64,000 nucleotides of DNA, taken from positions 12,757-76,756 of the forward strand of contig CAZGVO010000012.1 in assembly GCA_964529175.1 (NCBI GenBank), written 5' to 3'. The stretch comes from an uncultured Bifidobacterium sp. (GTDB lineage: Bacteria; Bacteroidota; Bacteroidia; UKL13-3). This document shows, one piece after another, positions 28,636 through 39,248 of the stretch; within the stretch, counting starts at the first letter, position 1; every line of letters starts with the position of its first letter. Below the pieces are notes generated by a model. That model was not told the DNA's origin. It saw only the letters and a list, made by a program, of their open reading frames with translations, and searched no databases. The translations under genes were made by a program, and so were the position numbers.

Positions 28636-29808
28636 ATGGAGTTAACACAATCAATACAGTACCTTCTTAGTTCTGTTTCCGAAATAAATAAAAAGTATGA
28701 AGAAATAGCAAGTATTACAGGAGAAAACTTTAACATTTTTAAAGTATTAAACTTACAGTCAGATGAGGTGCGTTTGCATTCAAGACTTTTAGGAGAATTA
28801 TTAAACCCCCATGGTTCTCATGGTAAAAATGAATTATTTCTGGAATTGTTTTTATCAACTTTAAATTTGAATAGTGAATATACTCAAGAGGAGATAAAAA
28901 ATGCAACTGTAATTGTAGAAGAGAACATAGGTAATATCTCAGATGATTACTCAAAAGGAGGTAGAATTGATTTAGTTATTAAATTTCTGGGGAATAAAGA
29001 AATAGTTATTGAAAATAAAATAGGTGCTGGTGACCAATTTAATCAATTAGGTCGATATCATGAGCAATATCACAATGCTCATATTTTATATTTAACACCT
29101 TTAGAAAAGAAACCTTCTAAAGAAAGCCTTGGAGAAAAATTAAAACTTGAGCAAGTAAAATGCATTACTTATAGAAATGAAATAAAGAAATGGATAGAAC
29201 TATGCCATGAAAAAACATCCAATTTTCCGATGTTAAGAGAAACTATCACACAATATATTTTTTTAATTAAACATATAACAAATCAAACAATGAATGAAGA
29301 AATGGAAAAGGAAATAGTAAAAAAAATAATTAGTAGCCAAGAAATGATGAATGCAGCTGAAATTATTTATAATAATTTTGGTGGTGCTAAAATTGAAATA
29401 ATGAAAAGTTTTGGTGAAAAGATTCGTGATAAATTTCCTAATCTTATTTGTGATCCATTTCCAGGCGATGATAATGATGTTGAATTTCATTTTTATAATC
29501 GCAAATGGAGTAATGTAAAGATTCGTATTCGATTAATAACAAATGAATATGCAAGAATAAGTATTCGTTATGAAAATGATTTTAAAGAGTTAGAAAGCTT
29601 TGCAGCATTATGTGAAAAGTTAAATAGCAAGTTTAAAAATACTAATTATAAAGAAGACCCTAACAATTTATTTGTTTATAATATTGCTAAATGGGACTAT
29701 AATATAATTTGGAATTCTGTTAATTCTGATAATGACGAATTTATTAAAAAAATATTTGAGAATATTGAGCTATATCAAAATGCTCTTGCAAACATTAACG
29801 GTTTATAA
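28636..29808 (+). CDS. PD-(D/E)XK nuclease-superfamily protein (PDDEXK_4-like), paralog 2
   Basis: Same motif set: GENFNIFKVLNLQSDEVRLHSRLLGELLNPHGSHG, GRIDLVIKF…EIVIENKIGAGDQFNQLGRYHE, FPMLRETITQYIFLIKH. About 35-40% identical to paralog 1. Confidence 0.6.
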   Translation: MELTQSIQYLLSSVSEINKKYEEIASITGENFNIFKVLNLQSDEVRLHSRLLGELLNPHGSHGKNELFLELFLSTLNLNSEYTQEEIKNATVIVEENIGNISDDYSKGGRIDLVIKFLGNKEIVIENKIGAGDQFNQLGRYHEQYHNAHILYLTPLEKKPSKESLGEKLKLEQVKCITYRNEIKKWIELCHEKTSNFPMLRETITQYIFLIKHITNQTMNEEMEKEIVKKIISSQEMMNAAEIIYNNFGGAKIEIMKSFGEKIRDKFPNLICDPFPGDDNDVEFHFYNRKWSNVKIRIRLITNEYARISIRYENDFKELESFAALCEKLNSKFKNTNYKEDPNNLFVYNIAKWDYNIIWNSVNSDNDEFIKKIFENIELYQNALANINGL

Positions 29809-29816
29809 TTTATTAA

Positions 29817-30734
29817 ATGTCTAAACGCGGCTACATATCACGCTATTTGCTCATACTTAAAAAGTTGAAAGTAAAACCTTTTGCTACTTATGAGGAGTTG
29901 CAGACTTATATTGATCATCAGTTTGAGTATTTGCAAATGCAAGATGATGGATTGCAAATTGGTTTTTCTAAACGAACGCTTCAACGTGACATCAAAGAAA
30001 TAAGTAATATTTTCGGAATTGATATAGAATATTCAAAGCAAGAAAAAGGCTATTTCATTAGCCAAAGTGAAAATGAAAACATGAATTTTCAGCGTATGAT
30101 GGAGGCTTTTGAAATATTTAATTCTTTAAATATGGCTCACGATTTAAAGCCGTTTATTCATTTAGAAAAGCGTAAACCACAAGGAACTGAAAATTTGTAT
30201 GGTTTGCTACATGCCATTAAAAACAAGTTTCAAATAAAGTTTACTTATCAAAAATTTTGGGAGGAAGAACCAAGTAAACGCCTTGCAGAACCTTATGCTT
30301 TAAAAGAGTTTAAAAGTCGCTGGTATATTATGGCTAAGGATAAAAAAGATAATCATATCAAAAGTTTTGCGCTTGACCGCTTAACGAATCTTGAAATTAC
30401 TACCCTACATTTTCAATACAATAGTAATTACAATATAGAACAAAACTACCGCTATTGTTTTGGCATTATCAGCCCAAATGAGGAGGAACCTCAAGATATT
30501 ATTTTATCGTTTGAACCATTTCAAGGAAAATATATCAAAACATTGCCACTGCACGAAACACAAACAGTTTTGGTAGATAATGACGATGAGTTGAAAATTA
30601 AGCTAAAACTTTATCTCACTCATGATTTATTAATGGAATTACTTTCGTTTGGTGATAATGTAAAAGTGATTGAACCCAAAACGTTAGCAGATGAAATTAA
30701 GCAAGCACATGAAATGGCCTTTAAGCAATATTGA
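29817..30734 (+). CDS. wHTH-WYL-WCX transcriptional regulator (BrxR/CapW-like)
   Basis: N-terminal HTH (ISRYLLILKKL…TYEEL). WYL domain FKSRWYIMAKDKKDNHIKSFALDRLTNLEIT; C-terminal extension consistent with WCX. 8-bp gap from the nuclease gene. Confidence 0.75.
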   Translation: MSKRGYISRYLLILKKLKVKPFATYEELQTYIDHQFEYLQMQDDGLQIGFSKRTLQRDIKEISNIFGIDIEYSKQEKGYFISQSENENMNFQRMMEAFEIFNSLNMAHDLKPFIHLEKRKPQGTENLYGLLHAIKNKFQIKFTYQKFWEEEPSKRLAEPYALKEFKSRWYIMAKDKKDNHIKSFALDRLTNLEITTLHFQYNSNYNIEQNYRYCFGIISPNEEEPQDIILSFEPFQGKYIKTLPLHETQTVLVDNDDELKIKLKLYLTHDLLMELLSFGDNVKVIEPKTLADEIKQAHEMAFKQY

Positions 30735-31037
30735 TTATAAAAAAATAATTTTATGGAAAACACTAAAGAGAATTTAACTGAGCAGCTTAAAGAAATAACC
30801 GAAAAGAAAAAGAAAGCGGTTGCTGCCCAATTATACGAATTAGCATCTATGTATAAGAGATAAAGAAAAGGATTTGATGTTAAAGTTGGAAGAATTGGAA
30901 AATATTAAAAGTAACTAATATAAACTCCAATGAAAAATAAGGCCTAATTACCTGCTTGTTTTTAAAAGCTTTGTTTGCATTAGTGATTGTACTAAATACT
31001 TTTGTTGTAAATTAAGTTTAACTTTCAAAGATAAAAA

Positions 31038-31325
31038 GTGCAAAAATTTGTAATAACCATATTTATAATAATTCAACTATTGATTTATTTTTTATTGCTG
31101 CCTTATGCACAAAAATCGGCTGATGGTCATATCAATAATGGTTTTGCTTTTGGTATTGTTTTTTATTTTGTAGCTGCGTGGCTGTTACTGGTTGGTTTAA
31201 TTGATGGAATTAAACATAAAAAGTATTTGATGATTATTTATATAATTGTGATTGCATTTACATTTATTTTGTGGGGAAAAGTATTTACTAATTTGGAATG
31301 TAATAGTTGCTTAAACAGTGGCTAA
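31038..31325 (+). CDS. hypothetical small membrane protein
   Basis: Three hydrophobic helices, Cys-rich C-terminus (CNSCLNSG). Confidence 0.35.
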   Translation: MQKFVITIFIIIQLLIYFLLLPYAQKSADGHINNGFAFGIVFYFVAAWLLLVGLIDGIKHKKYLMIIYIIVIAFTFILWGKVFTNLECNSCLNSG

Positions 31326-31373
31326 AAAACAAAATAAATTATTACTTTTAAAATCTTAGCATCTAAAAAACCA

Positions 31374-31883
31374 TTGACAAACTCATTAATATTAATAGCA
31401 GTTTTGTTTGTAATGAATGGAACTTTTGTAAGTTGCAACTTTGAATATAAAGTAAAACAAAACATGGAACAAAAACCCGCCACTACCCAAACTAACGATA
31501 CCACACCTAAAGTAACTGGTGTGGGTGGTATCTTCTTTTTCTCTGAAAACCCAAAGGAAATAAGAGCATGGTATAAAAAAAACTTAGGCATTGATGCCAA
31601 CGATTATGGTGCTAGCTTTGAATCGAGGAGCTTAGATAAGCCTGATGAAATAAACACTTTGCAATGGAGCCCATTTAAAAAAGGAAGCGAATATTTTGCC
31701 CCTTCAAAAAAGGAGTTTATGATTAATTATTGTGTGCAAAACATAGAAGGATTGGTAGCCCAATTAAAAGCAAATGGTGTAAACGTTTTAGATTCAATTG
31801 AAACTTTTGATTACGGAAAGTTTGTTCATATTATGGATAATGAAGGCAATAAAATAGAACTTTGGGAACCTTCTTCTAATTAA
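31374..31883 (+). CDS. VOC/glyoxalase-family protein with N-terminal signal/lipoprotein leader
   Basis: GGIFFFSENPKEIRAWYKKNLGI … FVHIMDNEGNKIELWE, the paired-βαβββ glyoxalase pattern. Confidence 0.55.
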   Translation: MTNSLILIAVLFVMNGTFVSCNFEYKVKQNMEQKPATTQTNDTTPKVTGVGGIFFFSENPKEIRAWYKKNLGIDANDYGASFESRSLDKPDEINTLQWSPFKKGSEYFAPSKKEFMINYCVQNIEGLVAQLKANGVNVLDSIETFDYGKFVHIMDNEGNKIELWEPSSN

Positions 31884-31897
31884 GAATTGAACTAAAA

Positions 31898-33073
31898 ATG
31901 ACCATTCCATTAATTATTACCATTTGTGCCTTACTTTTATTAGCTTATTGCTTTGATATTACCTCATCTAAGACCAAAATTCCTTCTGTAATATTGTTGT
32001 TGGTTTTAGGTTGGGGTGTACATAAAGCCACTGATTATTTTGAAATAAAAGTACCAGATTTAACGCCAGTTTTACCCGTTTTAGGCACAGTAGGTCTTAT
32101 TTTAATTGTTTTGGAAGGTTCGCTTGAGTTAGAGCTAAATAAATCAAAATTTGCGTTTGTTGGTAAAACTTCATTAATAGCTTTATTGCCTATGTTGTTG
32201 TTAAGTTTTGGCTTAGCCTTTGCTTTTCAATATTTGGGTGATACTACTTTTAAAATTGGCTTGGCCAATGCCATACCATTTGCCATTATTAGTAGCGCCA
32301 TAGCCATTCCAAGTGCTCAAAATTTAATGAACCATGATAAAGCTTTTATAACCTACGAAAGCAGTCTTTCAGATATTTTTGGGGTTATATTGTTTAATTT
32401 TATAACCTTAAACGATAATATTGGTTCTGATTCATTTGGGCATTTTGTTTTAGAACTAATAATTATACTCATTATTACATTTGTATGCACCATTGGGTTA
32501 GCTTTTCTCCTAAGTAAAATAAAGCACCATGTAAAGTTTGCACCCATTATATTAATGATAGTTTTGATATATGCCATTTCAAAAGTTTATCACTTACCAG
32601 CTTTAATTTTTATATTATTATTTGGTTTATTTTTAGGCAATCTTGATGAAATAAAGCACCATAAATTTATAAAATTACTTAAGCCAGATTTTTTAAAAAG
32701 CGAAGTTCATAAATTTAAAGAACTTACTACTGAAATTGCCTTTTTAGTGCGCGCACTTTTTTTCCTTGTTTTTGGTTATTTAATAAAGTTAGATGAATTG
32801 CTAAATACCTCTACAATAGTTTGGGCAATTGGTATTACAATAAGTATTTTTTTGATACGTTATTTGGCTTTAAAATTATTCAAGAAAACAATCAAGCCAC
32901 TATTGTTTATTGCGCCAAGGGGTTTGATAACCATTTTACTTTTTTTAACAATTCCGGTATCTCAGATCATACCTATAGCAAATAACTCATTGGTTATTCA
33001 GGTTATTATACTTTCAGCGTTGGTTATGATGGTTGGTTTAATTAGTACAAAAACCGAAGAAAGCGATGTTTAG
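31898..33073 (+). CDS. cation:proton antiporter (CPA1-like Na+/H+ exchanger)
   Basis: 11-12 TM helices, no soluble domain. Confidence 0.55.
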   Translation: MTIPLIITICALLLLAYCFDITSSKTKIPSVILLLVLGWGVHKATDYFEIKVPDLTPVLPVLGTVGLILIVLEGSLELELNKSKFAFVGKTSLIALLPMLLLSFGLAFAFQYLGDTTFKIGLANAIPFAIISSAIAIPSAQNLMNHDKAFITYESSLSDIFGVILFNFITLNDNIGSDSFGHFVLELIIILIITFVCTIGLAFLLSKIKHHVKFAPIILMIVLIYAISKVYHLPALIFILLFGLFLGNLDEIKHHKFIKLLKPDFLKSEVHKFKELTTEIAFLVRALFFLVFGYLIKLDELLNTSTIVWAIGITISIFLIRYLALKLFKKTIKPLLFIAPRGLITILLFLTIPVSQIIPIANNSLVIQVIILSALVMMVGLISTKTEESDV

Positions 33074-33433
33074 CCTTAATTAAGCTATTTTTTTATTTAT
33101 CATTTACACCAACTCCATAACCAAATAAGGCGGCTACTGCTGCCAAATGAATAATTAAAACTGCTTTTTGCCAAGTAGGTCTATCGTTCCATTTTTGTTC
33201 AGTATCAAATGGGTCAAAAGCTAAGCCAATTTCCATAGATGCAGCAGCTTGCATTTAATCTTTGGTGAAAAAAGTTTGGTATAATGCCATGATTATAAAA
33301 CCAATGTAAAGAAACTTGTTAAAAGGTGTTTTCATATTTCTAAAATTTGTACTCAATTTTAAAGTATTAGTAATTAGCTTTTTATAAAAACTACTCCAAA
33401 GGTTAAATTTTAGTTTTAAACGGAATTTATTGG

Positions 33434-33480
33434 CAAAAAAAATCCCTTTCAATATTACTTGAAAGGGATTTTTTATTTTT
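33434..33480. terminator. bidirectional rho-independent terminator
   Basis: A-run, aatccctttcaa-tattact-ttgaaagggatt, T-run. Terminates glyA (minus) and + strand readthrough. Confidence 0.7.
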
Positions 33481-33527
33481 AGTTGTTATAATAACAATTC
33501 AACAATCTATCAATTTAACAATTCAAC

Positions 33528-34799
33528 CTACTTATACAATGGAAACTTAGCCATCCAAGTATTGATATTTTTTCTAATATCAGCTAACATAGTTTCGTTA
33601 TCGTTGTTCATCAATGCAGTGTCAATATAATCTACTATTTGCTCCATATCTGCTTCCATCATTCCACGAGTAGTAATGGCAGCAGTTCCTACACGCATTC
33701 CGCTTGTTACAAATGGCGATTTATCATCGAAAGGAACCATATTTTTATTAATAGTTATATCAGCTTTGCCTAACGCAGCTTCGGCTAATTTTCCTGTTAA
33801 ATTTTTGCTGCGCAAATCAATTAACATCAAGTGATTGTCGGTTCCACCAGAAATAATTTTATAACCACGGCTTACAAATGCGTTTGCCATAGCTTGCGCA
33901 TTAACTGCCACTTGTTTTACATAAGTTTTGTAATCATCGGTTAAACATTCGCCAAAGGCTACAGCCTTAGCTGCAATCACATGCTCTAAAGGTCCACCTT
34001 GAGTTCCAGGGAAAACAGCTCCATCCAAAACAGCACTCATCATTTTCAATTCACCTTTCAAAGTTTTTTGTCCAAATGGATTTTCAAAATCGTTACCCAT
34101 CATCACAATACCACCACGAGGTCCACGTAAAGTTTTATGAGTAGTAGATGTTACAATATGGCAATGTTGAATTGGGTCGTTCAATAATTTTCCAACAATT
34201 AAGCCTGCAGGGTGAGAAATATCGGCTAATAAAATAGCACCAACACTATCAGCAATGGCGCGTAAACGAGCATAATCCCAATCGCGACTATAAGCCGAAG
34301 CACCACAAATAATCATTTTAGGTTTTTCAGCATGTGCTTTTGCTTCTACTTTATTCCAATCAATTAAACCAGTTTCTTGCTCTACTCCATAAAACGAAGG
34401 AACATATAATTTACCTGAAAAATTAACTGGCGAACCATGCGTTAAATGTCCACCATGCGAAAGGTCGAAACCTAAAATTTTATCTCCTGGGTTTAAGCAC
34501 CCTAACATAACAGCTGCATTGGCTTGCGCTCCTGAGTGAGGTTGAACATTGGCCCAAGTAGCGCCAAACATTTGTTTTAATCTATCAATTGCTAAATTTT
34601 CAACTACGTCAACTACTTCGCAGCCACCATAATAGCGTTTACCAGGTAAGCCTTCAGCATATTTATTGGTTAATACGCTTCCCATAGCTTCCATTACTTG
34701 TGGGCTAGTAAAATTTTCTGAGGCAATTAACTCAATGCCATGTTCTTGGCGGCTTTTTTCTTGATTAATTAAATCAAATATAACGGTATCTCTTTGCAT
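33528..34799 (-). CDS. glyA: serine hydroxymethyltransferase
   Basis: Full-length SHMT with the PLP-lysine motif [12 protein letters not shown]. Confidence 0.95.
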   Translation of the reverse strand: MQRDTVIFDLINQEKSRQEHGIELIASENFTSPQVMEAMGSVLTNKYAEGLPGKRYYGGCEVVDVVENLAIDRLKQMFGATWANVQPHSGAQANAAVMLGCLNPGDKILGFDLSHGGHLTHGSPVNFSGKLYVPSFYGVEQETGLIDWNKVEAKAHAEKPKMIICGASAYSRDWDYARLRAIADSVGAILLADISHPAGLIVGKLLNDPIQHCHIVTSTTHKTLRGPRGGIVMMGNDFENPFGQKTLKGELKMMSAVLDGAVFPGTQGGPLEHVIAAKAVAFGECLTDDYKTYVKQVAVNAQAMANAFVSRGYKIISGGTDNHLMLIDLRSKNLTGKLAEAALGKADITINKNMVPFDDKSPFVTSGMRVGTAAITTRGMMEADMEQIVDYIDTALMNNDNETMLADIRKNINTWMAKFPLYK

Positions 34800-34849
34800 A
34801 GTTTTTCTAAATAATAATTTTACGAAAGTATATTTTCAGACGTAATTAC

Positions 34850-35524
34850 TTACATGATTTTTTGCACTACTGGCCATACCAAAACGAAGGCCACTATTAC
34901 AAATACAATTCCAATAATATGGTTCAGTAATTGTTGTTTTTTAATTGATAATAAGTGCTTTACCTTATTGGCTGAATAGCAAATAATAAATTGGTGAAAA
35001 AACATAGCTCCTAAGGTAACACTGAAAAATACTACTACTTCTACCAAGGTAGGTAAACTACTTTTAATAAAAGCAGCTAAACCAAGCCAAAATAAAAGTG
35101 TTAATGGGTTAATACTATTAAGCATTATACCTTTCATAATATAAATAAAGTTGCCGCTTGCAGGTGGTTGTATTTGATTTGGGTCGTTTGGTTTTTTTAT
35201 ATAAGTGCTTATTCCTAAAATAAGTAAAGCCACAAAACCTACTAAACGTATTTCAGAATCAAGCTGGCGCAATTGATTCTCTACAAAACTAGCAGCAAAA
35301 ACACAAAGGGCAATAAACAGCAAATCGCTAATTACCATGCCCAAAGCAATTAGTAATCCCTTTTTATAACCTCTATCAATACTGGTATGTAACAATGAAA
35401 AAAAACCTGCGCCAAATGATAGCGAAAGTATTAGCCCAGTTCCATACCCTTTTAAAATAGTTTGAATCAAAATAGTTTTTGGTGTATTAAAGTTGGCAAA
35501 ATAATAATTACTTCTAAAAACCAC
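34850..35524 (-). CDS. LysE/RhtB-family amino-acid exporter
   Basis: Six-TM small exporter pattern with conserved GxG/Asp-rich loops. Confidence 0.55.
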   Translation of the reverse strand: MVFRSNYYFANFNTPKTILIQTILKGYGTGLILSLSFGAGFFSLLHTSIDRGYKKGLLIALGMVISDLLFIALCVFAASFVENQLRQLDSEIRLVGFVALLILGISTYIKKPNDPNQIQPPASGNFIYIMKGIMLNSINPLTLLFWLGLAAFIKSSLPTLVEVVVFFSVTLGAMFFHQFIICYSANKVKHLLSIKKQQLLNHIIGIVFVIVAFVLVWPVVQKIM

Positions 35525-35635
35525 TAAGCATTCTTTTTAATTATTTAATACCCACCTAAATAATAGTTATATAAAAAATTTGCGGAATATAAATGAACCT
35601 ATACATTTGCAACCTTATTTCAAAAAAACAGAAAC

Positions 35636-37600
35636 GTGGGAGAGCATCACAGTAATCATAATAAGCTATCAGTAGCTGGACTTTTAGTTACACTTGGAAT
35701 TATTTTTGGCGATATTGGAACATCACCACTTTATGTATTAAATGCCATAGTAGGTGATAAAATTATTTCGAAAGAATTAATTTATGGAGGCCTTTCTTGT
35801 ATAGTTTGGACTTTAACCTTACAAACTACCATAAAATATGTATTAATAACCCTAAATGCCGATAACAACGGTGAGGGTGGTATTTTTTCATTATATGCCT
35901 TGGTTCGTAGGCGCAGGCCCTATTTAATTTTTCCGGCAATTATTGGTGGTTGTGCTTTATTAGCCGATGGGGTTATTACTCCACCTATTTCGGTTTCATC
36001 AGCTATTGAAGGTTTACGATTGTTAAAATCGGATACCATTAATTTTTCTGAAATTCCAACTGTACCAATTGTAATTGCTATAATTAGTTTATTGTTTTTA
36101 ATTCAACGTGTTGGTACATCCATAGTTGGTAAAGCATTTGGTCCAATTATGTTTTTATGGTTTGGTATGTTAGCAGTTTTAGGTGTTGCTAAAATTGGCT
36201 CTCATTTAGATGTGTTAAATTGCTTAAATCCATATTATGCTTATAATTTATTGGTTAATTACCACGAAGGTTTCTGGATTTTAGGTGCAGTTTTCCTTTG
36301 TACTACAGGAGCCGAGGCTTTATATTCTGACCTAGGACATTGCGGAAAAAACAATATTCGTGTCAGTTGGATTTTTGTAAAATCGGCTTTGTTATTAAAT
36401 TATTTTGGTCAAGGTGCAAATTTATTAGGCCACGAGGGTGAAACATTGGTACAAGCTGGCATCAATCCATTTTACAGTATCATGTCAACCGAGTTTTTGC
36501 CGTACGGAATTGCCATTGCTACCATGGCTACTATTATTGCCAGTCAGGCATTAATAAGTGGTTCGTTTACTTTAATTTCCGAAGCCATTAGGCTTAATGT
36601 TTGGCCAAAAGTTGCTCTAAAATATCCAAGCGAAATGAAAGGTCAGCTTTATGTACCAAGTGCCAATTTAATTTTATGGGCTGGTTGTATTGGAATAGTA
36701 TTGTATTTTAAAGAAGCAGGAGCGATGGAAGCTGCATATGGTTTGGCTATTACCATTGCCATGTTAATGACCACTTTATTGTTGGTTAATTACCTTAGCC
36801 ATATAAAAGTAAATAAATGGCTAATTGCTTTATTATTATTAATTTATGTAGCCATTGAAGGGTCGTTTTTAGCTGCTAATTTATTGAAATTTACACATGG
36901 AGGTTGGGTAAGTTTGGTAATAAGCAGTGTGTTTATTTTTGTAATGTGGATTTGGTATAAAGGTCGCAAAATCAAAAACAGATTGACTGAATTTGTTCAG
37001 TTAAAATCATACATTCCAATTCTAGAGCAATTAAGTAAAGACGAATCGGTATCTAAGTTTGCCACACATTTGGTTTATTTAACCAGTGCCGATTTACAAA
37101 ACGAAATAGAATCAAAAATTATGTATTCTATTTTACAAAAACAGCCTAAACGTGCCGATATTTATTGGTTTGTACATATTCATGTAGACGATCAACCATA
37201 TACCATGCAGTATAAAGTTGACCATATTGTGCCTAACGATATTATAAAAGTAGAGTTTAAATTAGGCTTTAGGGTAGAGCAAAAAATTAACTATTACTTT
37301 AGAAAAGTGGTAGAAGAGTTGGTTATAAATGGCGAGGTAGATGTTACCAGTCGTTATGCTTCGTTACGCGGACAAAATATTACTGGTGATTTTAAATTTG
37401 TAGTGTTACAACGCCATCTTTCAAACGAAAATGAACTTTCGGCATACGAGCAATGGATTATGGATGTGTACTTTACACTTGATAGGTTGAGTTTATCAGA
37501 AGCCAAAGCCTTTGGATTAGATACCAGTTCGGTATTGATAGAAAAAGTACCATTGGTAATTACTCCTTTAAAAGAGTTTAAGTTAAAACGCATTTACTAA
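35636..37600 (+). CDS. kup: KUP/HAK/KT potassium uptake transporter
   Basis: Signature LGIIFGDIGTSPLYVL; 12 TM helices plus cytoplasmic C-terminal domain; GTG start. Confidence 0.9.
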   Translation: MGEHHSNHNKLSVAGLLVTLGIIFGDIGTSPLYVLNAIVGDKIISKELIYGGLSCIVWTLTLQTTIKYVLITLNADNNGEGGIFSLYALVRRRRPYLIFPAIIGGCALLADGVITPPISVSSAIEGLRLLKSDTINFSEIPTVPIVIAIISLLFLIQRVGTSIVGKAFGPIMFLWFGMLAVLGVAKIGSHLDVLNCLNPYYAYNLLVNYHEGFWILGAVFLCTTGAEALYSDLGHCGKNNIRVSWIFVKSALLLNYFGQGANLLGHEGETLVQAGINPFYSIMSTEFLPYGIAIATMATIIASQALISGSFTLISEAIRLNVWPKVALKYPSEMKGQLYVPSANLILWAGCIGIVLYFKEAGAMEAAYGLAITIAMLMTTLLLVNYLSHIKVNKWLIALLLLIYVAIEGSFLAANLLKFTHGGWVSLVISSVFIFVMWIWYKGRKIKNRLTEFVQLKSYIPILEQLSKDESVSKFATHLVYLTSADLQNEIESKIMYSILQKQPKRADIYWFVHIHVDDQPYTMQYKVDHIVPNDIIKVEFKLGFRVEQKINYYFRKVVEELVINGEVDVTSRYASLRGQNITGDFKFVVLQRHLSNENELSAYEQWIMDVYFTLDRLSLSEAKAFGLDTSSVLIEKVPLVITPLKEFKLKRIY

Positions 37601-37606
37601 ATATAT

Positions 37607-37641
37607 AAAGGCTGCTTTTGTGATAAAGCAGCCTTTTTTGT
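37607..37641 (+). terminator. rho-independent terminator
   Basis: aaaggctgcttt-tgtgat-aaagcagccttt followed by T6. Confidence 0.75.
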
Positions 37642-37879
37642 TTGGTAAAACAATTTTTTATGTAAAAAGTTAATGACTGTATGTTACATAAAATTTTAGC
37701 ATACAAACATTTATTGCATAACAAAAGGTTTATGTCCATGGCTGCAGTAGCCTTTGTTTTGGTGCATATTGTTATGTTTGAAGTTAAACGCAGATATGCT
37801 ATTGATGTAATAAAAGGAGTTAATTTTCCTTTTGATGATTTGTATTTTTATATAAAAAACAAACTAGGTTTATAGTCTG

Positions 37880-39178
37880 TTAATCAATTACTTCCATTAA
37901 GGTTTCTAATTTCATTCCCCTTGATCCTTTCATAAATACGTTTGAGCTAACTATTTTATTATCAGTTAAATATAATTTACATTCTTGCGTTGTGGCAAAA
38001 CTTGTATAATTGTTTTTGGTGTTTTTAAACAAATCGCCACATAAAAGTACATTTGTTAAGCCAAGCGTTTCGCAAAAATTAACTAAGTTTTGATGTTCTT
38101 CTTCAGCATATTTTCCTAGTTCAAACATGTCGCCAAGTATGAGTACTTTATTACCAAATGGCATAGCTGCAAAGTTTTTTATTGATACTTCCATGCTACT
38201 TGGATTGGCATTATAAGCATCTAAATAAATGGTGTTTGATTCCTTTTTTATTACTTCTGAGCGATTATTGCTTGGTTTATAGCTTTCTATACCTAAGGCA
38301 ATTTGAGTGTAATTTAATCCAAAATACAAGCCCATAGCCACTGCTGCAGTAATATTGTCAAAATTGTAGTCGCCACTTAAACACGATTGAACCGATTCAG
38401 GATAATCTTCTATATAAAAATTAATGGTAGGCTGCAAAGTGCGTGCATGGCACGAAAAGTGAGCTGCGGCATTTTTACCTTCAAAATTAGCCGAGTAGGT
38501 TATTTTATTTTCAAGTAATCTGGCCATGCGCATAAGCCATTCATCGTGCATGTTTACAAATGCTAAACCATTATTTTTCAGTAAATAATAATAAAGCTCT
38601 GAGTTTGATTTTGCTACACCTTCCATATCGCCAAATCCTTCTAAATGGTCTTTACCATTATTGGTAACTATTCCGTGGCTTGGTTTGGCTATTTGGCATA
38701 AAAATTCATTTTCACCAATATGATTGGCACCCATTTCTATAACTGCTATTTGATGAGCCTTGGTTATTTGCAACATGGTTAAAGGTAAGCCAATATGATT
38801 GTTAAAATTACCTGGAGTAGCTAAAACTGTAAACTTTTGTTTTAAAACTGAAGTAACTAATTCTTTGGTAGTGGTTTTTCCGTTACTTCCCACAATGGCT
38901 ATAACTGGAATTTTTAGAGTGTCTCTATGGAAAGTAGCAAGCTGCTGTAATGTACTTAATACATCATTTACTAAAATGTATTGTTCACTAATTTTATATT
39001 GTTCTTCATCAATTATGGCATAAGCAGCTCCTTGGCTAATAGCTTGACTAGCAAATTGATTGGCGTTAAATTTTTCTCCTTTTAAGGCAAAAAATAAACT
39101 GTCTTGCGCTATCTTCCTGGTGTCGGTGCAAACAATAGGATGTTTTAAAAATAATTGATGTAAACTGGTTATATCCAT
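37880..39178 (-). CDS. murF: UDP-N-acetylmuramoyl-tripeptide--D-alanyl-D-alanine ligase
   Basis: Mur ligase P-loop GSNGKTTTKE; three-domain layout. Confidence 0.85.
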   Translation of the reverse strand: MDITSLHQLFLKHPIVCTDTRKIAQDSLFFALKGEKFNANQFASQAISQGAAYAIIDEEQYKISEQYILVNDVLSTLQQLATFHRDTLKIPVIAIVGSNGKTTTKELVTSVLKQKFTVLATPGNFNNHIGLPLTMLQITKAHQIAVIEMGANHIGENEFLCQIAKPSHGIVTNNGKDHLEGFGDMEGVAKSNSELYYYLLKNNGLAFVNMHDEWLMRMARLLENKITYSANFEGKNAAAHFSCHARTLQPTINFYIEDYPESVQSCLSGDYNFDNITAAVAMGLYFGLNYTQIALGIESYKPSNNRSEVIKKESNTIYLDAYNANPSSMEVSIKNFAAMPFGNKVLILGDMFELGKYAEEEHQNLVNFCETLGLTNVLLCGDLFKNTKNNYTSFATTQECKLYLTDNKIVSSNVFMKGSRGMKLETLMEVID

Positions 39179-39248
39179 TTTAATAAAAAATTATGAAAGT
39201 ACTTCAAACTTTAAAATATAAATTTGAAATAACAAATAACCATAATTT

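Noticed and set aside
33091-33452. Two short minus-strand ORFs in the same frame separated by a single TAA (possible readthrough/recoding)
   Set aside because: No recoding context and low-complexity translation; the region is better explained as the promoter/terminator space around glyA.
37681-37875. 64-aa + strand ORF
   Set aside because: Sits between the kup terminator and the murF end with no RBS-like context or motif; likely noise.
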